Positions 52,062-63,700 of a DNA stretch of 64,000 nt are shown piece after piece (the first letter of the stretch is position 1; every line of letters starts with the position of its first letter). The notes under the pieces were generated by a model, which did not search any database, had not been told where the DNA came from, and worked only from the letters and a program-made list of their open reading frames with translations. The translations under genes were made by a program, and so were the position numbers. Origin of the DNA: Candidatus Thalassarchaeaceae archaeon (GTDB lineage Archaea; Thermoplasmatota; Poseidoniia; Poseidoniales; Thalassarchaeaceae). The stretch spans positions 20,531 through 84,530 of the forward strand of contig JBJLBJ010000023.1 of assembly GCA_045568235.1 (NCBI GenBank), in the 5' to 3' direction.

Positions 52062-52970
52062 ATGAGAGCGGTGGTGGCACTTGGTGGAAATGCACTTCTA
52101 CGTAGAGGAGAGGAATTAACTGCAGAAAATCAACGCAATAACGTAAAGATAGCAGCTAAAGCACTTGCCCCACTTGTAGGGAAATACCAATTAGTGATTA
52201 CACATGGAAATGGACCGCAAGTTGGACTTTTGTCACTTCAATCGGCTGCTTATACTGATGTTAAAGAATATCCTTTAGATGTATTAGGAGCGCAAACAGA
52301 AGGAATGATTGGATATATGATAGAGCAAGAATTAGGAAATTTACTGCCAATTGAGATTCCATTTGCTACAATTTTGACCATGGTAGAAGTTGATCCAGAA
52401 GATCCAGCATTCAATAAACCAACCAAACCAATAGGCCCACTATATGAAGAAGATGAAGCGAAAAGATTAGCTAAAGAGAGAGGATGGACGATAAAACTTG
52501 ACGGAAATAAATGGAGGAGGACAGTCCCTTCTCCTGTTCCTCAGAGGATTTTTGAATTACGACCTATTCATTGGTTGTTAGAAAAAGGGACAGTAGTAAT
52601 CTGTGCTGGTGGCGGAGGAATTCCCACCATGTATCAAAAAGATGGTAGTTTGGAAGGAGTAGAGGTAGTGATAGATAAAGATAGGGCGAGTGCTTTACTT
52701 GCTACCCAACTAAACGCTAGAGTATTGATTTTAGCTACAGATGCGGATGGAGTTTACTTAGATTGGGGTACTGAAAAGGCTAAAAAGTTGCACAGAGTCA
52801 CTCCCGAAGAAATAAAGGATTATGCTTTCGAATCTGGATCTATGGGGCCAAAAGTAGAGGCTGCTTGTGAATTTGTGAATAAGACTGGAGAAAGGGCCGT
52901 CATAGGATCACTTTCTGAGTTAGAAAGAATGATATCTGGAGATGCTGGAACACAATTTGTAATACGTTAA
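52062..52970 (+). CDS. arcC: Carbamate kinase
   Basis: [41 protein letters not shown]. Confidence 0.96.
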   Translation: MRAVVALGGNALLRRGEELTAENQRNNVKIAAKALAPLVGKYQLVITHGNGPQVGLLSLQSAAYTDVKEYPLDVLGAQTEGMIGYMIEQELGNLLPIEIPFATILTMVEVDPEDPAFNKPTKPIGPLYEEDEAKRLAKERGWTIKLDGNKWRRTVPSPVPQRIFELRPIHWLLEKGTVVICAGGGGIPTMYQKDGSLEGVEVVIDKDRASALLATQLNARVLILATDADGVYLDWGTEKAKKLHRVTPEEIKDYAFESGSMGPKVEAACEFVNKTGERAVIGSLSELERMISGDAGTQFVIR

Positions 52971-53045
52971 TTTGTACTTTTGAAGAGATATTTTGCAAAT
53001 GTCTTCATACGATAGATGTATCTCGGTTACATTGGAGAGATAGGC

Positions 53046-54998
53046 TTGTCAAAGGTTAAAGTCGGGTTCAGGGATGAAAAAGTTCGTGAATATGAAACCG
53101 GCATTACAGTTGGTGATGTGATTAGAGATGTTCATGGCCGTAAATCTGGATTCGTAGCAGTACTTATTGATGGAATAGAAAAAGATATGTCCACGATTTT
53201 GGAAGAGGATTGTAAAATTGAACCTATAGATGGCGAATCAGATGCTGGACTTTATATCCTCAGACATTCATGTGCTCACCTTCTAGCTCAAGCAGTTACA
53301 CAATTGTATCCTGATGCAAAACCGACAATAGGACCTCCAATAGAACATGGATTTTATTATGACTTTTTTATGCAACCTGTTGGTGATGAAGAATTAAAAA
53401 AAATAGAAAATAAGATGAGGGACATAATGAAGGAAAATTTACCAATAATACGTGAAGAACATTCTAATGATTCATTAAGAAAGATGTTTGGTGAAAATAA
53501 ATTTAAGATGGAAATAATGGACGATAAAATAGGCCAAGAAGTAGGTTCAACCGCATATAGGCAAGGAGAATTTGTGGATTTATGCAGAGGCCCGCATGTA
53601 GAGTTTACTTCTCAAATAAGATGGTTTAAATTGACAAGTTCTAGTCAGGCATATTGGAGAGCAGACTCAAAAAGAGAATCATTAACTAGAATTTATGGAA
53701 TGTGTTATGCAACGAAAGAGGGATTGAGAAATAGAGAGAAGCAAATACAAGAAGCAGCAAAACGAGATCATAAAAAAATAGGTAGAGAAATGGAGCTCTA
53801 TATGATTGATGAAATGATAGGTAAAGGTTTACCTGTTTGGCTTCCTAATGGAGAGATTTTAAAATCATCTATAGAAGAATTTGCCTTAAAAACTGAAGAA
53901 GAATATGGATATCAGAGAGTAACCACACCTGTTTTAGGTAAAAAAGAACTTTTTGAGACAAGTGGCCATCTGCCCCATTATGCTGAAGGAATGTATCCTC
54001 CAATGGAAATGGATGATGGTACTTATTACCTAAAAGCAATGAATTGTCCAATGCATCATCTTGTTTATAAAAATAAAAAACGATCATATAGAGATTTACC
54101 TCTACGAATCGCAGAATATGGTACAGTTTATCGTAATGAGATGTCAGGAACGCTTGCAGGATTACTAAGAGTGAGAATGTTATCAATGAATGATGCTCAT
54201 ATTTACTGTACATTGGATCAAGTTGCTCAAGAATTTGCACATAATATAAAAATGGTACAAGACTATTATACTGCGTTTGGATTTGAAGACTATTATTTCA
54301 GACTTTCACTATGGGACCCAGAAAATACTGATAAATATATAGATCAACCTAAAAATTGGGAAGCTACTCAAAATCATCTCAGAAAGATATTAGATAGTTT
54401 AGAAGTTCCTTATATTGAAAGCGTAGGAGAAGCGGCATTTTACGGCCCTAAAGTGGATATTCAATTTACTACTGCAATTGGGAGAGAAGAATCTATGTCC
54501 ACAATACAACTTGATTTTGCTGCTAAAGAGAGATTCAGTTTAGAATATACTGATGAAACTGGTTCAGATAACGGAGAGGTTTTTGTCATACACCGTGCAC
54601 CTCTTTCAACACATGAGAGATTTGTGGCCTTTCTAACTGAACATTGGGCAGGTAATTTCCCTACTTGGTTAGCTCCAATCCAAGTGCAAATAATTACTAT
54701 TTCTGAGAAACATAAAAAGTATGCAAAAATAGCGTCAGAAAAGATGAAAGAGTTTGGAATAAGGGTTAAAATTGATGATTCGGATAATACTATTGGGAAA
54801 AAAATTAGAATACACAGAAAAATGCGTCCTGCTTACATGGCAATTATCGGAGATGATGAGGCTGCAAATTTGACAATTTCTGTAAGGGCAAGGGATGGGT
54901 CACAGAAAAATGGAATTCCTCTTGAAAAATTTATCCAAGACATAGAAAGAGAAATAACTAATCGTGATACTATCTTAGGCATAGTTCCAGTAGAATGA
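53046..54998 (+). CDS. thrS: Threonyl-tRNA synthetase, bacterial type
   Basis: TGS, editing motifs HSCAH and DLCRGPH, RDH, MNCP.H, FYGPK.D; TTG start after GGAGAG. Confidence 0.97.
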   Translation: MSKVKVGFRDEKVREYETGITVGDVIRDVHGRKSGFVAVLIDGIEKDMSTILEEDCKIEPIDGESDAGLYILRHSCAHLLAQAVTQLYPDAKPTIGPPIEHGFYYDFFMQPVGDEELKKIENKMRDIMKENLPIIREEHSNDSLRKMFGENKFKMEIMDDKIGQEVGSTAYRQGEFVDLCRGPHVEFTSQIRWFKLTSSSQAYWRADSKRESLTRIYGMCYATKEGLRNREKQIQEAAKRDHKKIGREMELYMIDEMIGKGLPVWLPNGEILKSSIEEFALKTEEEYGYQRVTTPVLGKKELFETSGHLPHYAEGMYPPMEMDDGTYYLKAMNCPMHHLVYKNKKRSYRDLPLRIAEYGTVYRNEMSGTLAGLLRVRMLSMNDAHIYCTLDQVAQEFAHNIKMVQDYYTAFGFEDYYFRLSLWDPENTDKYIDQPKNWEATQNHLRKILDSLEVPYIESVGEAAFYGPKVDIQFTTAIGREESMSTIQLDFAAKERFSLEYTDETGSDNGEVFVIHRAPLSTHERFVAFLTEHWAGNFPTWLAPIQVQIITISEKHKKYAKIASEKMKEFGIRVKIDDSDNTIGKKIRIHRKMRPAYMAIIGDDEAANLTISVRARDGSQKNGIPLEKFIQDIEREITNRDTILGIVPVE

Positions 54999-55008
54999 TG
55001 GTGTAAAT

Positions 55009-55827
55009 ATGATTGTTAATATTGCTGGATATAGATTTGTAGATATTAATAATACTGAAGAAATGAAAAATATATTTTTAGAAAAATGTCTAGATTTAAA
55101 ATTAAAAGGAACAATTTATTTTAGTAGAAACGGAATTAACTTCTTCGTAGCAGGAACTCAAGAAATGATTGATAAATACATCAATTTTATGGATCTTGAT
55201 GAGCGTTTAGTAGGAATTTCACTGAAAATAAGTTATACGGAATATCAACCATTTCGAAGGATGATTGTTAAGAAAAAGAAAGAAATTATTGCATTAGGAT
55301 TGGATGAAGTTAGACCAGCAGAATACACAAGTCCATCAATTAATCCAAAAGAGTTGAAGAAATGGTTAGATGAAGAAAGAGATATACTTCTACTTGATAC
55401 AAGAAATGATTATGAATTAAGAATTGGTACTTTTGAAAAGGCCGTAGATTTAGATATTAAAACCTTCAGACATTTTCCTGCTGCTATAGAAAAGCTAAAC
55501 ATCGATAAAGATAAAACAGTGGTAATGTTTTGTACTGGAGGAATACGTTGCGAAAAGGCATCAGTTGTAATGGAAAATCAAGGTTGGAATAATGTTTACC
55601 AATTAGAAGGAGGTGTGCTAAATTATTTTGAAGAAGTTGGAGGAGAACATTGGAATGGAGATTGTTTTGTATTCGATCAAAGAGTAGCATTGAATTCTGA
55701 ACTGATGGAAACAGGAATAGAAATGTGTTTTATATGCAGAGAACCTTTATCCGAAGAACAGCAAAAATCTGAAGAATATAAAATTATGGAATATTGTCCA
55801 TATTGTATAAATAAAAATGAGAAATGA
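55009..55827 (+). CDS. trhO: TrhO-like tRNA uridine-34 hydroxylase (rhodanese domain)
   Basis: DTRNDYE..IGTF..A, FCTGGIRCEKA, L.GG...Y, G.CFVFD.R. Confidence 0.85.
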   Translation: MIVNIAGYRFVDINNTEEMKNIFLEKCLDLKLKGTIYFSRNGINFFVAGTQEMIDKYINFMDLDERLVGISLKISYTEYQPFRRMIVKKKKEIIALGLDEVRPAEYTSPSINPKELKKWLDEERDILLLDTRNDYELRIGTFEKAVDLDIKTFRHFPAAIEKLNIDKDKTVVMFCTGGIRCEKASVVMENQGWNNVYQLEGGVLNYFEEVGGEHWNGDCFVFDQRVALNSELMETGIEMCFICREPLSEEQQKSEEYKIMEYCPYCINKNEK

Positions 55828-55870
55828 TTAAGAGTATTTATTTGGATTGTTTATTTGGAAAATACAAGAT

Positions 55871-56905
55871 ATGTCAGATGAAGCAGGTATTGAGAATTTT
55901 TCTCAAGAAGAGATTATCGAATCTATGCTTGTTTCGGCACGTTCAATAATTAGAACTTGTATGGAAATCAGAAATCATGAAGACGTTGTCATCATTACTG
56001 ATACGCATACATCTGAGATAGGTAGGGCGTTATATGAAGCAGCAGCTGAAGTGACTGATAGAGTACTCTTGATGATGATTCCACCTGCTTTCAAGCCTGG
56101 AAATGAGCCTCCTAGTCCAGTAGGGGATTTGATGAGGAAATCCAGAGTTGTCCTAATAGCTACTAAAGAGTCATTAACACATACAAAAGCAAGAATTAAT
56201 GCTTCCAAGGCTGGAGTCAGAATAGCATCTATGCCAGGAATAAGTAAAGAGACATTTATCCTCGGAGGAATGACTGCGGATTATAATGCTCTTCAAGTAG
56301 AAATTTCAGGTATGAATAATGTTTTTAGGAGAAGGAGAGAAGTTCATGTCACGTCTCCTTCTGGTACTGATGTAAAATTTACTACTGGCTCTAGGTGGAT
56401 TTTAGAAGATAATGGGATTTGCAATAGGCCTGGACAAGTTACAAATCTACCTGCTGGAAGAATATTCACAATGCCAAAAGAAGGTTCTACTAATGGAACA
56501 ATAGTCTTTGATGGATCATGGGAAGGGAAATTATTACCAAAAAAGGTTGAGATGAAAATAGTAAATGGAAGAGTTGCTGAAATATCAGGATATGAGGATG
56601 TTGAGGAGATAATTGAAAGTTTTAATATCCCTCCTCATAGTAAAAGGGTCCTGGATTTGCAATTAAATAAGACCATAGCAGAATTTGGATTTGGAATGAA
56701 TTCGAGAGCCAAGGTTATTGGGAATGTATTAGAAGATCAGGTAGTTAGAGGAAATTCATATTTCAGTTTTGGAGATAATACAGCATTAGGTGGAAATTCA
56801 AATACAGGCATACAAAAGAGAGGTGTGATTCATAAAACAAGTGTCATTCTAGAAGATATTGATTTAGTTTTGGATGGAAAAATAATTGCACGCAGAAGGA
56901 AATAA
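55871..56905 (+). CDS. M29/aminopeptidase T-like protein, probably catalytically inactive
   Basis: EPP, SLTHT.AR, NLPAG, IAEFG.G.N, FGDN..LGG; metal ligands substituted. Confidence 0.8.
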   Translation: MSDEAGIENFSQEEIIESMLVSARSIIRTCMEIRNHEDVVIITDTHTSEIGRALYEAAAEVTDRVLLMMIPPAFKPGNEPPSPVGDLMRKSRVVLIATKESLTHTKARINASKAGVRIASMPGISKETFILGGMTADYNALQVEISGMNNVFRRRREVHVTSPSGTDVKFTTGSRWILEDNGICNRPGQVTNLPAGRIFTMPKEGSTNGTIVFDGSWEGKLLPKKVEMKIVNGRVAEISGYEDVEEIIESFNIPPHSKRVLDLQLNKTIAEFGFGMNSRAKVIGNVLEDQVVRGNSYFSFGDNTALGGNSNTGIQKRGVIHKTSVILEDIDLVLDGKIIARRRK

Positions 56906-57516
56906 TGAGAGATATGACTGCTATATTATGGTGTAATGGACAAAATCCATCAGATGATTTGATAAAAAGAGTTTTGGCAGAAGGGAAAGAAGTTTTTGGA
57001 GTTGATGGAGGTGCAGAAATAGCAATATCGGCAGGTATCAAAGTTCAGAAAGTATTGGGAGATTTTGATTCAATAAATATCGATAAATGGAGAGGCGAGA
57101 GTGAATATTTACCTGATCAGAATACTAGTGATTTTGGCAAATCAATAAAATACCTAATAAAAAAAGAATACACGGAAATAGAGGTCTTAGGAATTGATGG
57201 AGGGAGTCCAGAACATCTTCTTGGCATATGGGCAGTTTTGGCTGAAATTGAAGATAATGTAAAAATAATACTCCATCATGAAAAAAGAACTACCTACAGA
57301 ATTCATCCTGACTATGATGATACTCAAATATTTGTCAAAGATGGAAAGGAATTCTCTATTTTTGCTCTCACACCTTGTAATAATATAACACTCACTGGTG
57401 CAAAGTGGAATATGGATAATGAAAAATTATCCTTATCTAGCAGGGGTTTGCATAATCAAGGAACTGGTAAAAGTATCTCAATAAAGGCTGATGGAATAGT
57501 GGTTTTGATAATTTAA
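56905..57516 (+). CDS. thiN: Thiamine pyrophosphokinase
   Basis: VDGGA, GDFDS, DQNTSDF.K, G.KW...S.GLHN. Confidence 0.88.
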   Translation: MRDMTAILWCNGQNPSDDLIKRVLAEGKEVFGVDGGAEIAISAGIKVQKVLGDFDSINIDKWRGESEYLPDQNTSDFGKSIKYLIKKEYTEIEVLGIDGGSPEHLLGIWAVLAEIEDNVKIILHHEKRTTYRIHPDYDDTQIFVKDGKEFSIFALTPCNNITLTGAKWNMDNEKLSLSSRGLHNQGTGKSISIKADGIVVLII

Positions 57517-57524
57517 TAGATTTA

Positions 57525-58574
57525 TTAATCACTTTTAGGATTCATAGAAAGCATCATTGCAATAGGTTTTGTACGAGGGTCGCTTTCCAAAGCTCGCTTC
57601 ATTATTACAGCGAGAGGGACTCCTAATATCATACCCATAACGCCCCAAGCCCAGCCCCAGAAGGCTACCAAAAGAAGTAATACTATTGGAGAAATGTCCA
57701 AACGCTTTCCTGCTATTTGAGGTTCAATAACTCCTCCCCACAATTGTTGATTTGCAAATAATAATATAATCAACAATATTGCAGAAGAAGGTGAAAGTAT
57801 AATCAGACCCAATACAATTGGGAATAAAAGTGATATTAATGCACCGACATATGGTATGAAATCCATCATGAAGGTGATACAGGCCCATAAAAACCAGCCA
57901 GGAATACCGAAAAAATACAAAATAATGGCGGCCAAGACTGCTTGCCCGAATGCTACTGAAGCCCTAGTAACAACGTAGACATTGATGCCCTTCGATGAAG
58001 ATGATGCTAATGCAATTATTCTATCAACATCTGCAGGATAAGCTGCTTTGATACGCTTAGGGAGTGTTTCTGCTTCTAATATAATAAATAGTAAAAATAT
58101 CAATACAGTAACCATACCTGCTGTAAAACTTGCTAAAGATCCAACGAGGCCTGTAGCGAATGATTCAATTTTCTCGACAGTAATCAGACCAGTAACTTCG
58201 GACGTATCAAAGGAGAAGCCCAAAATTGTTGCATTATCTTCAAACCAGATAAGTTTATTTTGTAGTTTCTCCGAAAGTGAAGGAACTTCTTCTGTAAAAG
58301 ATTGTAAATTTGAAAAAAGGATATTTGAAGCTACGAATAAGAAAGCCATTATGATTCCAACTAGTGCTCCGTAAGCTAAAAAAGGATGTCTACCTATCTT
58401 TTTCTCTAACCATTCAGCAGGAGGACGGATTAAGAAGAATAGCAATATAGCGACTACCAATGGTTGTAATATAGATTTTAAATGTACAATTGCCAGTACT
58501 GCAATTAAGAGTAAAATTGCTATATTAGAAGCTGTATTAAATTTTAGTTTACCCAATTTTACATCTTCTCCCAT
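57525..58574 (-). CDS. AI-2E family transporter
   Basis: FIPYVG, IEP.I.G..L.ISP, WGW.WG..GM.L.VP. Confidence 0.9.
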   Translation of the reverse strand: MGEDVKLGKLKFNTASNIAILLLIAVLAIVHLKSILQPLVVAILLFFLIRPPAEWLEKKIGRHPFLAYGALVGIIMAFLFVASNILFSNLQSFTEEVPSLSEKLQNKLIWFEDNATILGFSFDTSEVTGLITVEKIESFATGLVGSLASFTAGMVTVLIFLLFIILEAETLPKRIKAAYPADVDRIIALASSSSKGINVYVVTRASVAFGQAVLAAIILYFFGIPGWFLWACITFMMDFIPYVGALISLLFPIVLGLIILSPSSAILLIILLFANQQLWGGVIEPQIAGKRLDISPIVLLLLVAFWGWAWGVMGMILGVPLAVIMKRALESDPRTKPIAMMLSMNPKSD

Positions 58575-58630
58575 CTTATCCTCAGTTCGGGGAGAATGGT
58601 TTCACCATCAAGTTTTTCGGCTGCACACCC

Positions 58631-59863
58631 CTAAATAACAATACTTTGATACAAATTCAAAAAATCAACTGCATTTTGTTTGAAAGTAAATTTTTCAGAC
58701 ACTAAATTACGTCCTGTTCTACCTTTTTCCAGTAATTTAGATTTGTTATTCAATTCTGATAAAATCGTTTCTGACATTGAATCAATATCTCCCATAGTAA
58801 ATAATGCTCCAACAGAATTGTCAACCATTTCAGGCAATGGCCCGTGGTTGACAGTAACAACAGGAGTTCCAGAGGCCATTGCTTCCAGCGGGATAAGCCC
58901 CTGGCCCTCATAATAAGAAGGATAAACGACAATATCAGAGACACGGTACAATAATGCTAATTCATCAAATTTCATACTGGATTCAATAAATACTGATCCT
59001 TCTAATCCCAATCTCTTTGCTTGTTTTAATAATCTAGATCGGAGTTTTCCTCTCCCAACTATGACCAAAATTGCATTTGGGGATTCTTTCTTAACCTTTG
59101 CAAACGATTGAAGTAGTATACCAAAACCCTTTCTAGCTGCTAAACGGCCAACTGCAAGTAACAAATACGAATTTTCTTTGACATTAAATCTGGAACGGGT
59201 TTCAGAATAAATGCTGAAATCATCTTCATCGTCTTGTCTTAATGGAAGAAACATTTCGGTGTCTACTCCCCAATGGATTACTTTACAATTCCAATCATTT
59301 GGAGCCGAATATCGATTTAGGAAATCTGCCCTAGTAGCATTCGAGTTAGCAACACATACATCAGAATAATTGATTGCAAAATTTTCAAATTTAGCATATC
59401 TTTTTGCCGTAAATCTCATAGTAAGATCATTTGGGTTCGCCCATACTGCAGATTCTTTATATTTTGATGCAATAAAAAGACCATCTCGCTCTCCAAGCCA
59501 AGAGCCATGTAGAGAAGAAATTACTGGAGCTATTTCTTTCTTACATTTTTCAAATTGTTTTTGATCCCATGAAATCATAGGACAGTGTAAATGGACAACA
59601 TCAACTGGAACAATATCATTAATTTTTTTTAGTTTTCTTAGGGCATGCCTCCCATAAGAACGGGTGAATTCCATTGGTATTTTTTTCCAAGGAACTGTAA
59701 AAACTTGTACACCATTTATTTCAGGTGGTTTATCCATCCCTTTACGCGTAATTACAGATATTTTATGCCCCATTTCAGCCAGAGCAGCGGATAAATGATA
59801 CACTGTAGACCCCATTCCTCCCCATCTAGGGGGGTATTCAGCAGATAACATTGCGATATGCAT
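58631..59863 (-). CDS. GT4 glycosyltransferase
   Basis: EYPP..GG, VGRL..RKG, PSYYEGQGL..LEAMASG.P. Confidence 0.93.
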   Translation of the reverse strand: MHIAMLSAEYPPRWGGMGSTVYHLSAALAEMGHKISVITRKGMDKPPEINGVQVFTVPWKKIPMEFTRSYGRHALRKLKKINDIVPVDVVHLHCPMISWDQKQFEKCKKEIAPVISSLHGSWLGERDGLFIASKYKESAVWANPNDLTMRFTAKRYAKFENFAINYSDVCVANSNATRADFLNRYSAPNDWNCKVIHWGVDTEMFLPLRQDDEDDFSIYSETRSRFNVKENSYLLLAVGRLAARKGFGILLQSFAKVKKESPNAILVIVGRGKLRSRLLKQAKRLGLEGSVFIESSMKFDELALLYRVSDIVVYPSYYEGQGLIPLEAMASGTPVVTVNHGPLPEMVDNSVGALFTMGDIDSMSETILSELNNKSKLLEKGRTGRNLVSEKFTFKQNAVDFLNLYQSIVI

Positions 59864-59966
59864 AGGAGGCCCTCCTGTAGTGCTAGACTGTTTTCTTTCA
59901 AGATAATGTTGGTGATTTAGCAATAGTATCATTCAAAATAGATATCTTCCTCGCATAGTCAGTAAT

Positions 59967-60704
59967 ATGTCAGATGCATTGCCCGTTCACGTCACTGTAG
60001 TTATCCCTACACGAAATGAAGAAGCTGCAATTATAGACACTATAAGGTCTGTTCCAAATGATGGATGGTGTGACAAACTAGATTTTTTAATCATAGATGG
60101 TAATTCAACTGATGCCACTAGAGAATTGGCCCAAAAAGAAGGTGCTACAGTTTATCTTGAGAAAAGAAAAGGGTACGGTCGTGCTTATAAGACTGGTTTT
60201 TCAATAGCACCCGGTGAAATCATAGTTACAATGGATGCTGATTGTACATATCCAGGAGAAGAAGTTCCGGGATTAGTGGGCAGATTGCTAAATGAAGATT
60301 TAGACTGGATTACTTGTGATCGTCTAACAAAGGCTGAAGAAGGAGCAATGTCAGGAATGCATGGCTTTGGAAATTGGACATTATCGGCAACTGCTAGGAT
60401 GCTATTTTGGTATGGAATAAAAGATTCTCAAAGTGGAATGTGGGTATTTAGAAAATCAATTTTCGATAATGAGAAAGTTAGACCTATGCACGATGGTATG
60501 CCTTTATCTCAGGAATTTAAAATTAGAGCTAGGCGATATCTATCTTCCGACAAAACTATGGAAATTAGTGTCCCTTACAGAGTTAGAGTCGGAGATGCTG
60601 AGATTAATACATGGGGCGACGGATTACTAAACTTACGAAGATTATTCTGGTTAAGATTTGGATTATTCAGTAAAAGTACACCTTGGGGAATAGAAGAAAA
60701 TTAA
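59967..60704 (+). CDS. GT2 glycosyltransferase (DPM1-like)
   Basis: IPTRNEE, DG.S.D.T, GYG.A, MDAD, DSQSG. Confidence 0.92.
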   Translation: MSDALPVHVTVVIPTRNEEAAIIDTIRSVPNDGWCDKLDFLIIDGNSTDATRELAQKEGATVYLEKRKGYGRAYKTGFSIAPGEIIVTMDADCTYPGEEVPGLVGRLLNEDLDWITCDRLTKAEEGAMSGMHGFGNWTLSATARMLFWYGIKDSQSGMWVFRKSIFDNEKVRPMHDGMPLSQEFKIRARRYLSSDKTMEISVPYRVRVGDAEINTWGDGLLNLRRLFWLRFGLFSKSTPWGIEEN

Positions 60705-63700
60705 TGTTCTTTGTTGTCAAATTCTTCATCTAATTCTCTTGGAACAAATGCTGACCAAGATTCAATTAATTCGATATCTTTAGCGGTTTGGATACGCCTG
60801 TTGTTAACATAAGCTATTCCTAATAGAGAAAATAATGCTATTAAAATTATTAAAAGTGGAAATCCAGCACTAAATAGCCAATCTAATGTATTTTCATTAC
60901 TTTGTTTCACTACAGGGATGGATTCTACTTGTGATTGACTAACAAGTTCTCCATCAATAGCCCATATTTCGACCTTTACCCAGTTCCCTTCAGTTATTTC
61001 CCAATTAGATCTATATGTCCAGATATTATCATCGGCCACTTGATCGCTTCCTTTTCCATCGTCTCTGAAAATCATCACTTCAGAAACGCCTCCACTAAGC
61101 ATTTCTCCGTTTACTTGATTTGTGGTCCTATCTGGGTCGTTAAGAGTTACATAGATATATACCTCAGTTGGTACGTTTGTTTCAATCGAATCGATTGAGA
61201 TGATTAAATTATCTAATTTTGGATAGCTTGCACCTATGGTGAGATTTACAGAACTAAAATCTTGTGCGCCCCTAGAGTCTTGAACAAGTAAATTGATCTG
61301 AATAGAGCCTGGATTGAAATAAACTAACTCTTGTTTATTATCACTGATTATTGTACCATCATTTAATGACCATTGATACAAAATAATATCATCATCATAG
61401 TCAAATGAAGATGAGGCATCTAGATTAACTGGCTCACCAGGAGAGATATACTGACCATTGTCTAAATTATCGATGTTAGCAATTGGTGCAGATTCAAGAA
61501 CAGAAATTTTCTGAGTATATTTTCTCTCCATTTCACTAGAGTCGACTAATGTTATAGTCAAATTATGTTCACCTGCTAAGAGATAGTAATTATACCAATA
61601 ATCTGTTGTTTTGTTTTCTAAAATAATGCCCATTAAATCTGATTCAATACTTACAGTAAATGAATCTCCATCTGGGTCAAAGGAATTTTGAAAATCAAAT
61701 AAAACTGGGGAATTGGAATTTACTTCGATATTAGGAGTTGGAGAATCTAGAACCATTATAGGCGCAGATTCAGATATTATAAGATTAATTGGTGAACTAA
61801 TTACTTTTTGAATTCCGTCGTCTAATGAGAGTGTGATATTATGATTTCCGGGAGGAAGTCGTGATTGGAAAGACCAATCGTTTCCAATCGGTTCTGTTAA
61901 TTTATCACTAATCCATAAAATACTCACCAAGTCGTTATTTTCTCCCAAATATGGATTGCAAAGTAAATTACTTCCATTATTAATCAAATCTGAACATGCT
62001 AAATCCCAATCTCCTGATCCAGTGGACTGGAAGTCCAATATATCTCCAGATTCGGCCATAATACCATTAGTTGGTTGCGAAATTAATGACACGGGCGGTG
62101 AATTTAATACTTCCAATTCGAATGAATGATAGGTCCAAAGTCCTACATGATTTGGGAGATTATCAGTAGCCTTCATTGTGATATTATGAATCCCTTTTGA
62201 AAGATATCCTAGCCACTCAATTGTACTTGTCGATTCAAGACCTGACGATAAAAGGCCATCGATATTACTAATGAACTCAAACTTAACAACATCTCCTTCT
62301 GGATCAACAGTATCACTTCCATCAAGTCTTACTAAACTAGATGAAATATTATTAATTCTTGATACTTCCATTATTGCAGAAGGTAATTCGTTTACTAATA
62401 CCACATCGAATACCCAGCTTCTACTTGGATTTATTCCGTCTGAAGCAAAAACTGTAATATTGAATTGCCCAGGGGCGCCAATAAATGATCTAGAAATTTC
62501 TTCAGGACAGTTTGGATCTCCATCTATTACAGATATTGGATCTTCATATGAAGTCTCTAACCAGCACCAAAGATCACCATTCTCTGGGTCATAAGTACCA
62601 TCTAACAATACACTAACGTTTGCTGTTTCGCCAAGATAAAGAATTCCTTGAGAATTGATTTTTGGGAGAGTCCCAACAGACAGTATAGGAGGTAGATTAA
62701 TCAATTCAATTCTCCTTGTTTCATTAACACATTGATTTTCAATATCACATACTTCTAAAGTTATTTGATGGATTCCATCAGACAAACATTGGGATTCATT
62801 ATTTGCAATTATATGAGAATAATTGTCAGTATTTCCTTCTTGAGTACAAGAATATGTAAAATCACCATCCAAATTACTTGTCCATGTGAAAGTAATTTCA
62901 TCTAAATCTAGATCCCAAGAACTAGAAGCATCAAAGATAACTACACTGGCACTAGAATATTGAGAATCATCTTCAGGCAGTTGCCAAATAATAAATGGTG
63001 CTTGATTTGAAATATCCAATCTGCAGATAACTAGTATATCAGAACTTAATATGAAAGAGGTCGTATTATTGTGAATTCCATCATAACTGCAACCAGAATT
63101 TACTATATTTTCCGAAGACCATCCTTCTTGTGGAATCCATCTTTTGCCTATGAATGGACCATATAGATAATTGCCCGAATAAGGTTGGGTAGCGGTTATA
63201 TTATCTTCATAAATATCAAAGGAAATATTCACCTCAGCATAGGGGATATTCATTAAATATTGGTTTATGGTATGTATTTCTAAATTCCACATTATATCAA
63301 ATATATTATTTTCAAAAGAAGAAATGGGAGTAAGAATGCCCTGAGATGAAATCCACTTAATATGATTATTATCTCCTAAAATAAAAGAATTTTGCATTGA
63401 TGAATTTTGTATTAAGATAGTGTCTGTGAAATTTACAACACTATTTTCTGAGGTTGGATTATTTGAATAACAATAAATACTGGTGTTGGTGATTATTAGT
63501 TCTGTATGATCTGAAAAATCGAAACAGGCATTTTTACTACCATAAATGATACTATTATCTATTGATGAACTGGTTATTCCTTTAGCACTCCAAAATAATC
63601 CATTATTAGAATCCATGATTTGTAAATTATTTATTTTAGCATCAACCTCCACCATCTTTAATGCATAATCTGAAGAATTAGAAAATATCTTAATATCATC

